Positions 38,956-50,330 of a stretch of 64,000 bases of DNA are shown one piece after another. How positions within the stretch are numbered: the stretch's first letter is position 1; every line of letters starts with the position of its first letter. Below the pieces are notes generated by a model, which saw nothing but the letters and a program-made list of their open reading frames with translations, was not told the DNA's origin and did no database searches. The DNA comes from Adineta vaga (Eukaryota; Animalia; Rotifera), in assembly GCA_021613535.1 (NCBI GenBank), contig CP075497.1, positions 5,890,001 through 5,954,000 of the forward strand, given 5' to 3'. The translations under genes were made by a program, and so were the position numbers.

Positions 38956-40017
38956 ATGATTTCGTATCCTGAGACAGAACAATTTCGTCATGTGATCACT
39001 GAAGTTACTCGACGAACTCGTCCAACTGAGGAAGATTACCATAAACCTTTACCAGTTTTGAAATTTATTGGAACAGTTAAATTACATGGAACAAATTCAG
39101 GTGTAGGTTATCAAAAAGATGCAGGACATTGGCTTCAATCACGAAACAATGTTCTTACCTTACAAAAAGATAATGCAGGCTTCGCACAATATATGGAACC
39201 AATAGCGGATCGATTTTTCAATGAATTTGTTCTTCCACAAAGTCCAGCTATACAAGAACAATACGAACAAGGACGAAAAATAATTATTTACGGTGAATGG
39301 TGCGGTGGAAATATTCAAAAAGGTGTGGCGATCACTGGTTTACCAAAAATGTTTGTTATTTTTAAAATCCGAGTACGTGATGAAACGAAGTTCACACTTC
39401 AAGAAGCAGCCCAAGCAGAAGATGATGTCCAAGAGAAATCTACTGCACATTCATTTTGGCTTGAACCAAAAGATTGGTCACATATAAAATGGCATGAAAA
39501 ACTCATTTATAACATATTCGACTTTCCAATTTATGAAATTGAAATCGATTTTCAAGAACCTAAACTTTCACAAAATAAACTTGTTGAAATCACTGAAGCG
39601 GTTGAAAAAGAATGTCCTGTTGGTAAATATTTCGAGAAAACAGGTATTGGTGAAGGTGTAGTATGGACTGAATGGGCACAAACTCGTGGTGATTTAAGAT
39701 TTAAAGTTAAAGGCGAAGAACATAGCGTTAGTAAAGTGAAAACGTTAGCACCAGTAGATACAGAAAAATTAGCAACTGTCAATGAATTTATTAATTATGC
39801 ATGTACGGAAAATCGTATGCGTCAAGGTCTCGAATATTTACGTGAACAACAATTAACCACTGAAATGAAAAATATTGGAACATGGATGAAATGGTTAGTC
39901 GGTGATATTTTAAAAGAAGAAAAAGATACAATAGAAGCATCAAATATTGATGTTAAAGATATAACACGAGCAATACCAAACAAAGCAAAACCATGGTATC
40001 AACAACAACTCTCCTAG
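38956..40017 (+). CDS. ATP-dependent RNA ligase, Rnl2 family, intronless, HGT candidate
   Basis: Motif I KLHGTN, Ia QSRN, III YGEWCG, IIIa FVIFKI, IV GEGVV, V FKVK, plus an Rnl2-like C-domain (YACTENR...GDILKEE). First ATG at 38956. Confidence 0.9.
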   Translation: MISYPETEQFRHVITEVTRRTRPTEEDYHKPLPVLKFIGTVKLHGTNSGVGYQKDAGHWLQSRNNVLTLQKDNAGFAQYMEPIADRFFNEFVLPQSPAIQEQYEQGRKIIIYGEWCGGNIQKGVAITGLPKMFVIFKIRVRDETKFTLQEAAQAEDDVQEKSTAHSFWLEPKDWSHIKWHEKLIYNIFDFPIYEIEIDFQEPKLSQNKLVEITEAVEKECPVGKYFEKTGIGEGVVWTEWAQTRGDLRFKVKGEEHSVSKVKTLAPVDTEKLATVNEFINYACTENRMRQGLEYLREQQLTTEMKNIGTWMKWLVGDILKEEKDTIEASNIDVKDITRAIPNKAKPWYQQQLS

Positions 40018-40149
40018 CATAAATACGAACTTTTTCAAAATATTGAAATAATCATTTTATTTTTCTAATTCTATACAATAAATTCTATCGAATAAAAACG
40101 TTTTTTCTAGTAACCTAATTAAGATAATACGCGCGTTGAACATAATGAA

Positions 40150-40335
40150 ATGGATCGAGCTACGAATATTATTGGTGTAACTATTACATCTATTGTTGTA
40201 ATCATTACATTTATCACTGGAATTTTATATTACTTCATTATGTATCATCATTTTAAACAAAAGAAACACGTTCGTAGTGATACTCATATATCACCAACAA
40301 TCAAAGAAGAAAAGATTTCTACAACATCGTTCTAG
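40150..40335 (+). CDS. Small single-pass membrane protein, 61 aa
   Basis: ATG-initiated ORF with one long hydrophobic helix and a basic stop-transfer segment. Preceded by acceptor-like ttttttctag (40101-40110). Confidence 0.5.
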   Translation: MDRATNIIGVTITSIVVIITFITGILYYFIMYHHFKQKKHVRSDTHISPTIKEEKISTTSF

Positions 40336-40395
40336 AAATCAAAAAATAATAGTTTAGTTTTTACCCGCCTACTTAAAAATGATTCTATATTTTCT

Positions 40396-40872
40396 ATGTT
40401 TTTCACTACCAACGATCCATTTTCAAAGAATACAAAAAGACATAATTATATCATCGCTTTTCTTGCTGGTATACTTACTGGTATTGCTTGGTGGATTATA
40501 ATTGATATATTAGTTCGTTCTATGAATAATTTATTTTCTCGTTTTTATATTCTACCTGGTATAGCAATAACACTCGTGATTATTATACTTCATTTCATTC
40601 CAAATTCAACTGTACAAGATGAAATTCATCTAATAAATTCATTTGATAATTCGATCAAATGTGCCAGACTGTTTCTATTTCTTATTTTTCTTATCATATT
40701 TTCAGCTGTTATTGCAAGTATATGGATATTTATTGTTGATTCTATGATAACAAATAATCTTCAAAAGAAATCGAACTATGTACAATGGTTTGGAATTGGA
40801 AATCTAATTTCTACAATATTACTTGCATTAGCTTCATTATTGAGTCGATTCGGACGAAAAGACGACTACTGA
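40396..40872 (+). CDS. TMEM50: TMEM50/Vps68 (UPF0220)-like 4-TM protein, intronless
   Basis: AGILTGIAWWIIID, ARLFLFLIFLIIFSAVIASIWIF and C-terminal RFGRKDD match the TMEM50 pattern, though divergent. Confidence 0.75.
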   Translation: MFFTTNDPFSKNTKRHNYIIAFLAGILTGIAWWIIIDILVRSMNNLFSRFYILPGIAITLVIIILHFIPNSTVQDEIHLINSFDNSIKCARLFLFLIFLIIFSAVIASIWIFIVDSMITNNLQKKSNYVQWFGIGNLISTILLALASLLSRFGRKDDY

Positions 40873-41041
40873 CGACATCTTAAGATTTTTCTGTTCTTTC
40901 ATTTTTTCAGCGAATACTGTTCATCATAATTAACCTTGTGTCGATAGAAGAAGAAGAAAAACAGATGGCAAATAATAATAGTTGTGAGTATATCTCTTGA
41001 ATATTTAGTCGAGATTTTGATTAAATAAAACGAAAAGAATT

Positions 41042-41893
41042 ATGACGGGAGATAATTCTGTAAGAAATGTTCATTCAAAAATAGTTCTTGATTATTCATT
41101 TTGTAACTCAAGTAACATATGGAATTATCTTGGTATAATAACAATTCTATTATTTATTACAATTTTAATATCCTATTTAAAACATCGACAACAACAAAAA
41201 ACTTTACGTCATCATAAGAATAATTCTGATGCAATCTATATTATAACATTAATTATTCTCGGTTTATTTTTTGTCATTCCATTTATGTGTTGGTTATTAA
41301 CATTTGTAGAAATTCTCGTTACATTTCTACGTTATGGACAAATATCCGCATCACCAATACCAATTCTTACATTACCTATTCGAGCAGTAGCATTTATTTA
41401 TATGAAAATTACAACAGCTATTCATATATATCTAACAGCACCTGGAACATTTATTTTTCTTCTATTCTTTATAATACTTGCATGTATTAAATTTGTTTTT
41501 ATTATTATTATTCGTTTTGGTCTACCAGGATTTTTTCTTTGTTCATATATTGGTTTTGCCATGCCATTGTATGCATTGAGTGAAGTTGGAAGTATTGATT
41601 CTTGGATTGATTTAGCATTTAATATTCAATTACCATTGTTTATTATTTATAAATTTCATCCACTTCTTCTTTCAATTACATCGAAACTATTTTGGTTATT
41701 TTTATTTGTTGTCTTTCTTTTTGGATGTTATATGAAATTTGGTTTAACATTATTATTTGTTTGTAAATGTTTACTTGTTCTTGTTCTTATTCGTTTTACA
41801 TATGTTATCGGAAAAGCGTTTATATTATTAATGTTTTTCAAACCGGTGTCAACACCTTCAGGCAGAGATAGTGGAGGGCGTGGCAAAATTTGA
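41042..41893 (+). CDS. Multi-pass membrane protein of unknown function; last six residues supplied by the inserted element
   Basis: 283-aa hydrophobic ORF. Codons after ...GRDS run into the insertion (GGRGKI*). The pre-insertion end DDVQ* lies at 43107-43121. Confidence 0.7.
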   Translation: MTGDNSVRNVHSKIVLDYSFCNSSNIWNYLGIITILLFITILISYLKHRQQQKTLRHHKNNSDAIYIITLIILGLFFVIPFMCWLLTFVEILVTFLRYGQISASPIPILTLPIRAVAFIYMKITTAIHIYLTAPGTFIFLLFFIILACIKFVFIIIIRFGLPGFFLCSYIGFAMPLYALSEVGSIDSWIDLAFNIQLPLFIIYKFHPLLLSITSKLFWLFLFVVFLFGCYMKFGLTLLFVCKCLLVLVLIRFTYVIGKAFILLMFFKPVSTPSGRDSGGRGKI

Positions 41894-41973
41894 AGTGCAA
41901 CCAGTTTTCAGTGAATTTCTGGTTTCTGATTTCTGATTTTCCAGCAGTATTGTATACAAATAAACGGAAAAGA

Positions 41974-42510
41974 AGAAATCAGCAATCCACTTTTCAATGT
42001 AAAAGTTTTAAGATCTTCTTTGATATATAGACTACCCTGTGTCATTCTCAGAGGACTAGAAATCAGAAATCTACTCCTCGATGTAAATGTTTCATGATCT
42101 TCTGTTGTAAACAGACTACCCTGTGTCATTCTCAGAGGACTAGAAATCAGAAATCTACTCTTCAATGTAAATATTTCAAAATATTCTGTAATATATAGAC
42201 TACTCTGCATTATTCTGAGCGAAGTAGAAATCAGAAATCTACTCTTCGATGTAAATGTTTCATGATCTTCTGTTGTAAACAGACTACCCTGTGTCATTCT
42301 CAGAGGACTAGAAATCAGAAATCTTCTCTTCGATGTAAAAGTTTCAAAATGATCTATGATATATAGACTACTCTGTATCATTCTGAGCGAAGTAGAAATC
42401 AGAAATCTACTTTTCAATGTAAAAGTTTTAAGATCTTCTTTGATATACAGACTACCCTTCATTATTCTGAGAGAACTAGAAATCAGAAATCTACTTTTCA
42501 ATGTAAAATT
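41974..42510. repeat. 84-bp tandem repeat array, 6 full units plus a partial unit
   Basis: Core agaaatcag recurs at 41974, 42058, 42142, 42226, 42310, 42394 and 42478. Confidence 0.95.
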
Positions 42511-42534
42511 TGAAGAATTTTTCTATATAATCCG

Positions 42535-42726
42535 TGAAAATTTTATAATTTATACAATAAACCGAATGAATAGCAGAAAAGAGGAGGATTAGCGTGCAAG
42601 TCAAATGGTAAGTAAATGAAAACAAAATAGCTATTTTGTTTTCATTTACTTACCATTTGACTTGCACGCTAATCCTCCTCTTTTCTGCTATTCATTCGGT
42701 TTATTGTATAAATTATAAAATTTTCA
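42535..42726. repeat. Perfect 192-bp palindrome with no spacer; extends imperfectly to ~42461-42800
   Basis: Centre aacaaaatag|ctattttgtt at 42630/42631. The 96-nt arms are exact reverse complements; first mismatch at 42534/42727. Confidence 0.97.
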
Positions 42727-43431
42727 TGGATTATATAGAAAAAATTTCCAAATTTTACATTGAAAAGTAGATTTCTGATTTCTACTTTTCTAAGGATAAT
42801 TCAAATTAGTCTCAAAATGATAATAAAAATATCAACTGATATTACAGAAAAATACTTGAAGTTTTGATTGGAAAGTAGATTTCTGATTTCTGATTATCTG
42901 ATTTGAATCAAACAATATATTTTGAAGTCTTGACTCTTAAATTTAAGCATACTATTTTGCTCATATTTAGTCTACAGAAACAGTACGAAATTTTCGAATT
43001 TCAAAATTTTAAAATTTTCAGTTTTCAAAATTTAAATTTTCAAAAATTTTGCCACGTTTCTTTGAAAAATGGTACCAATTTTAAATTTGCCACTTTATGA
43101 GATAGTGATGATGTTCAATAAAAAAAGAATATATCATAGAAAGAAAGTTTCGTGTTGTTTTTTCTCTTCATTTTATTGGAAAGAATATCACATAATGATC
43201 AATTAAAAAATAGTTTTCACATGTCATTGACAAGTTCATAGATAAGAACGAGTAATCCACTAGTATATGAAATACTTTTCACTATCGAGTAAATATTGAC
43301 TTTATCGAATTAATTCATAACTAATAAAGAGAGAGATCTTAGGAATATTGATTTTAATGCTTATTCCTTTTTCTTCGTCTTAAAAGAAGACATATCTGAC
43401 TAGAAATGTCATGAATAAGAAGAAATTCTCT

Positions 43432-46402
43432 TTAAAAATCTTCGATTTTCACATGTAAAAAGATTGTTCCATGAATATAATCTCCATTTTTTGCTTTCAA
43501 TTTCACATGTCGATAGCCCAATTGAAGTGCATGAAATGGAACACATGCCTGTCCAAGAAATGTCGAACGACCATATCGATCATGATCACGTACTTGAAAA
43601 ATAACTAAACATAATTCTGGACAATAAATATCTGCTGACATTTTATGATCCCAAATTGGATTTAAACCATTATTACGTACAGATGGTGTTCGATGTTCAG
43701 TATAATCACAGTCAATACCGTATGTACAAACTTTCACATAAGGATCAGATATATCTGAATCTTCAACTGAATTATTTTCTTTTGGTAAATGTTGTCCACT
43801 GATAATATGAATTTGTAAACGTTTGCCTTTATCATAGAATTTCTCTTTCGGATCAAATGATCGATCAGTTGCTAATAAACAGGGTGGTTTTAACAGATAA
43901 CCACATCCACCATTATCACTGAAAAATCCATTTTGTAGACACATTGATTCATCATTCGTTTGATAGTTCAGTGCAACCATTTGTATACCTTGATACATAA
44001 AAACAAAAGAAGATGTTTAGGATTTACAAGTAAAGAAAAAAATCATCATACCATATGTCCAATAAAATAATGGATGTAAGTTACTGGAATTTTGTCGAAT
44101 TGTACCAGGATAAACACGTATTAAATGTCGTTGAGTTAAAGTAATTAACTCTTGATGACGTGGTGATTCCATAGCAATCAATTCATTTGCTTTCGATTCT
44201 TTAAATGATATAGAATGATGACATTTTTCTGTGAAAAGAAAATTGAATTTTACTGATTGATTTCGAATGATCAAGATGAATTACTCACGTGTAGATATAG
44301 TATGATTTATATTTGTAAATGAAACAATTTGTGCATAGATAACTAAACGAGCAAAATCAGGATGATAATCCTAGAATGATTTCCGCATAATTTCAATATG
44401 AATTATTGAATTGTTTCGTCATACTTTAAGATTTAGTTCAGTTTCGTCATCAATTTGATTTGATATGGGATCAATTGGAATTTGTCCTTTACGACATCGA
44501 CGAGTCTATTTTAGTAATCGAGTACATCAAAACGAAATGCTTCTTTTTTTTCTCTTCTTCTTCTTACTCGAAGAATCACTTTATATTTCAATTGTTCAGG
44601 TGATGGCAAAGTTTCGAAACTCTCGAGTAATGCTTCACTTAATAAATGATCTATGAAAACATTGAAATATGAATCGAATTAAATTTTATCTAAATTTACC
44701 TTTAAAAATATTTTGTAAATGATGTGCCATTATACCTTGTTGTTGATATGAACAATGATTTTCGATATTTAAAAAAAGTGGATAACTAATTGAAAAGAAA
44801 ATGGATTGTTTTCTGTAAAATTAATTGTCAATCAACTTACGGTGAAGCTGCGAATGCGACTGTTTCAATAGCAATTAGAATATCTCGAAATGAGATCGGT
44901 ACGGTTAATGTATTTCCATGATAAACAATTGGTTCCATATCTTCTCCATCATAACAATCCACTAAAATCACAACCAACGTGAGAGAGAGAGAAAAAAAAC
45001 AAATCTACCGATTGAAATGAAAATCATATCATTTACTTTCAACTGCTCGACAACCAGTTCGTAATGCATGTATATACGTTTCCGGAGTACAATCACCAAA
45101 AATTTGATTATTTCGAAGATATCTTAACAAAAGAAATCATATGGATTTTGTTTGAATTCAGTTCACTTACGTATTATGTGATGTAGCAATAAAATAATCA
45201 GTAATTGGTCGTGTCATATCGTGATAAACTCGATGAGATTTATCTGCATTCATTAAACAAAATTCATCATGAAGTAAAAGTAATCGTAGACCATCAACTC
45301 CCATTTGTTCACATTGCCGACCTTCAATCGATGGTTCAAATCGTGCAATTAATCTTGAACAATCTTCAATCGATAAAGCTGTGATATTTTCTTCTTTTTG
45401 TAAGAAATCTTTTAATTGTTCAATAGTTAAATAATTTTTTCTTTCAATTCTATTCGATGATGTCGTTGGTTCAGGAGTAATCGATGCTGAACGTCGACGA
45501 AAACTTGACGGAAGACTTTTTCGTTTTGTACTTTTAGATTTTCGAAAACTTAACGAATGTGATGGCCGTGCACGATGTATACTTGTTAATCTCGGTAATT
45601 TATGAATAACTGTATATTCAGATAATGTTGCTGCTAATTGTTCAGTAGTACTACTGTTAAATCTAGTAGGAAAAGACTTGATTGAAAAACGAAATCAATG
45701 ATTCAATGAAATGACTTACTGACAAATAATTTTCAATAATTCTGGTCGTTGGGAGACATATTTATAGAAGATTAAGAATTCGTCTTTATCTAAATGATTC
45801 AATTCATGAAAATTTCGTAATCGAATATTTGCTTGATTGAAATAATAATTGATTTCATCTTCATTCAATTGAATATTTAATGTATGTAAAAGACGACGAA
45901 CTTCATGACGATTTAATTGTCCTGAATGATCAAGATCAGCTTGAGAAAATAAATGCCAAATCCATTGATCAGTTATTTCACGATGTGTTCGAATGTGTGA
46001 TCGATAACGATTAATTAAATATTCAATACCTTGAATCCATCGTAAACGAATTTCTTCCGATTCGGCAAGTAAATCCAATGAATGACGATTATTATGATAG
46101 AGAATAGAAAAAGCTAAATGAGCTTTATTATCCGTTATTTTTCGTTTCTTTAAACATTGTTTCCAAACATTCGTTGTAAAACCCGAACGAATTTGATCGA
46201 TATCTTTAATACGACATGCTTCTTGTTTTGATGAACGTTTTGAACCAAAATAATGTATTGCATCTTCAGATAAAACTAAATAATATAAACGTGAGTAAGT
46301 TCGACCATTCGGTTTATATTTAATAAAGGTTGTTCGACGTTTAAGACAATTAAGAAGATCTGTTTGTTCTGTATCGATATTATCTGATGCATCGGTATTC
46401 AT
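43432..46402 (-). CDS. Phosphoinositide phospholipase C, delta-like (paralog 1; PH, EF, X, Y, C2; multi-exon)
   Basis: PH and EF exon 46402-45720; X box YFIATSHNTYL..GCRAVEMDCYDG..PIVYHG, ENHCS; Y box RVYPG..NSSN..GIQMVALNYQT..GGCGYLLKP; C2 domain. Confidence 0.93.
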
Positions 46403-47742
46403 AATTCTAAATGATTACATTTCGAAACAAAGAACTTAATTAACAAACAATCATATGCATACCTTTTCCATTGTATTTCATCCATAATTTCTTCGCTTTT
46501 TTTTCTCGTGTCAATTGACGAAAAGAACTCAGTATGAGTAAGTCTTGCTTTTGATTTTTTGTCTCTATTTATTTATTATTAGATGAAGTATATGAATCAA
46601 TAATGTCCTTTTGATGTCTTTTCTCTCTATTCATTTTTTATATTTAGTATAAAAAAAAGTACGATGGGAAGCCAGGTTGAAAAAGAAATAAAAAACGAGA
46701 CAGAGAGAGAGGGAGAGAGAGTGAAAGGAGAAAAAGGACTTTTAAGCAAACTTGGCAAGAAATGAAAAAGACGTTTCATAGCAACTTTGAGTCATCCAAG
46801 ATTATTTGTTCTATGATAAAAAAAAAGAGAAAACCATAGAAAGATATGTGAATAGATTTCTTTCTAATTGATATAATTCGAAGTAGAATATATCAAGAAT
46901 TTATCCTTGAAATTGGTAATATGTTTTGTTTAATCATAATATTGACATGATACATAGTTGAAGGAGGAGAGTATTCAGTATAAGACAAATTTATCTCTAT
47001 GTTTCGTAGTCGGATCAAAAAGACATTGATTCAAGAACATGTCTTTAAACTTGAACTTTAGTACATCAGATGGATTAATCAAGGTCAACTATTTTTAGAA
47101 AAAATTCTTATCTTTAGATGTTCTAAATTGCATCAATAATAAAGAAAATATTCGATAATCATTTCTCTTTCTTCTATATTTATTTTGTAAGAAAATACAT
47201 TGTATTACCTTTTTCTTCCTTTCATTTTTAAAGTCTTTTGCACATTCATATCCATAACTATATTTAACTACGACATGCAATCACACTTTCCTGTGATTAC
47301 ATATGAAACTTTTTGAAAAAAAAATGCTTTATTTGAAATCACGTAGAACAGAGAAAGTAGTTGTCATTTACCTAGAAAGAATTTCAATGATCATTAATGT
47401 TATTGAATTTTAAAGAGTTTATTTTGTAGGAATAATAAATACGATGAATCGATTGTAGAACATCATAGTTATGTACTCTTTTCATTTTATCGGTTATTTT
47501 TAGCATACTTGTATAAATATTGTGGTCTATTTAAAACTTTGAATGAATAAGTACAGAAAATGAAAAACAAGTTGAATAATCATTTGTAGTTCGTCAAGTT
47601 ATATCGAGTCGTAAAAGTGAATAATGAGAGATTTCTTTTTATTTTACAAAGAAAGAAAAATCGAACTAGACTTTTTCCTATTTTGTTGAATTCTGTATGA
47701 GAAAATAGATACAATACATAGATTCATAAAGAAAGAGAAATA

Positions 47743-50330
47743 TTATCCTTTGATTGTTGTTAATAATTTTTGTTTCATTTCAGTGACACTTTGATGTTGT
47801 TCACGTCTATTTAAGAAAAAGAAAAATGAAGATATTGCTTAAGAAAAGATAAGAAATAGAAACATACGAAGCATTTTGAAGAAAAATTGAAAGAAGATTT
47901 TTTGTTGATTTTGGTAAAACTTGATGAATATCAATGAGTGTTTGATAAATCTTATTATGTTGATTTATTGGACGACGTAAACGTCCTGTTTGTTCATCCT
48001 AATGAGATAAAACTATTCATTTCTGCAGAAGCAAAGCATTGATTTGCCTACTTTAATAAAACCTAAGGAAACAAGTAATCGTTCATTAAAGTTACGTTCA
48101 TTTGATGAGGAAAAATGCAACGCTTTTAAAGTATTTTCTAAATAAAACAAAAGATTCCATTTATGATACAAGATTTATTCCAATATTACCTGCGATTGAT
48201 GAACTCTGTTTTTGTGAGACAGAATTATCATTCCACACATCTTCAAGTAGTTTTATAGCACGTTCAATCGATTGATCATCATTCTATGAATAGATATGTA
48301 AACAATTCTCAAATCCTTTCTCAGAAATATCACTCTCACTTTCAGATGTTCTTCAAGTTTATCAATACTATTAAACGTTGTCCATTTACCGTCTTTAATC
48401 TAATAATGATATGAGAATTTTAAGAAAAGTTATGTTTTTTTTCTCATTTACTTCAGTTGTTGATGATGAACCAAAATTAAATGTTGAGTTAACATTAAAA
48501 TCAAATTTTGACATCATATTTGATAAACCACTGACTGCTTCTGATGGTTTAGTTGATGAAGAATTAGCGAAATGAAAACCATTTGTTTGTTTCATAGGAT
48601 TTGTATTGACAACAAATGATGGTGTTTCTTTTTCGTCTTCTTCGAGATGCTCTTCTTCTGCTTCTTGATATTCTTCATCATCCTCTGCTTCTTCTTCTTC
48701 TTCGTCTTCTTGATCATTATCATAATCATCATCATTATCTTCTTCTTCCTCGTCACTGCCTTCATCATCACTATAGTAAAACGAAAATATGCATGAATTC
48801 GAAATTAAATCAAAGGGACATATGTTCGTTTTAAGATAGAGTTTATCTATTCTTTAAGATTTCCCAATTACCTAAATGCCATTTGATCAAGAAACTGTTT
48901 GTTTTCAAGAACTTGACGAATCTCATCTATTCCATCGAGACCAAAGCAATTTCCTATAAAATCGATTATTGTTCATGAATTAATCCAAAACAAAGCAATA
49001 ACTTTACCATTTAAATCCAACACTTTCAATGATGACATATTCTTCACCGATCGTGCCACTTCTAGACCACCATCAATATGCATATCATTACATCCAAGAT
49101 ATAATTCCTTTAAAAATCAATCATATCATGAATCTTTTCTAATAATATCAAATATTTTTACTTGAAGATTTTTATGTGAAACTATAGAACGAGCAACAGC
49201 AATAGCACCTCGTGTACGAATAAGTGAAGATTCAAGATTAATTATTTCTAATTTTGGTAATTTCTCAATGACTGATGCTAATTTAGGTGCTGCTGTTGTA
49301 ATTGTATTATCATTAAGATCAATAATACGTAAATTTCGATTGTGAAGAAAAGCCGTAGTCAATGCTTCAATACCCGGTGGTCGAATGCCATTTTGTGGCA
49401 TACGAATTACTTCTAATGTACCAATGATCTAAGCAATATAAATATCATCATCTTTATTCTTTAGAAAACAAAAATAAAATCCTTTTTTACTTCAAATGCT
49501 TTTGCTAATGCTTGTGAACCTTCGATTTCCAAACGATTTCGACCAGCAATAAATTGTTTTAATGCAAATCGTTTTCCACCAGCTGCAATACTATTCTTAT
49601 GGCAAGCGATCAATGCTTCTGCTAATAACTAGAAATAATAATAAGATCGAATTAATTGTTTGTAAAAGCAAATGTATCGAAATAATTTTACTTTGCCACC
49701 CATACTACCCATACCACAATTGTTTAAACGAAGTTCTTCAAGTGTATAACATGCTGATGAGGATAAAAATGTCTCGAGACCTTTGACACCAATTGGACCA
49801 AAAGCGTTATCACTAAGATTTATTTCTACTATACGAGAACCATTGGTCAAAAGTCCTTGTGTTAATTTAATCTATCAAAAGCAAAGAGTAATTTATTGAT
49901 GAAAAATTCGAGAAAAATATCGATCATACCAATGAAGGTGGTACTTCTGTTTTAAGTCGAGTTGTAAATAAATCATTCCATATTAGACGCTAAATATTAG
50001 ATCAATAAAAAGAAAAAATAATGATTATTACGTTCTCACTTCAACTTCATTATGTTTTGCTAATGCTTTTCCAATAGCTGTTGCTGCTTCTTCATTAATT
50101 GTATTACCTTCGAGACGTAATGCTTTCAGTGGTTTACATTTTTCGATAGCAATACATAATTCTTTGACTAGAATTTACATCGAAAATGAAAAGAGAACGA
50201 TCTTGAATTATTCAGAGAGGAAAAAAACGAATTGAATACCATCATTTGCATTGTTGCCTTTTAATCCTCGATTTGCCCACGATAATTCATGATCGGTTGA
50301 TTTGATACTTTTTGAAAGATTATCCGTCAT
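47743..50330 (-). CDS. RANGAP1: Ran GTPase-activating protein 1 (multi-exon)
   Basis: [59 protein letters not shown], an acidic tract and a C-terminal domain. Stop at 47745-47743. Confidence 0.93.

Larger units (their letters stand above)
41874..43098. mobile_element. Non-autonomous foldback/MULE-like DNA element, ~1.2 kb, with 9-bp target-site duplication
   Basis: Direct repeat gagatagtg at 41865-41873 and 43099-43107. Imperfect subterminal inverted repeats starting gtggcaaa match at 27/36 positions. Internal tandem array and central palindrome; no transposase. Confidence 0.85.

Noticed and set aside
41908-42501. 197-aa minus-strand ORF of 28-aa repeats
   Set aside because: It is a translation of the 84-bp array (a multiple of 3), starts at a non-ATG codon and has no recognisable domain.
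41974-42510. CRISPR-like reading of the conserved core plus variable segments
   Set aside because: The variable parts are homologous to each other rather than unique spacers, there are no cas genes, and the context is eukaryotic.
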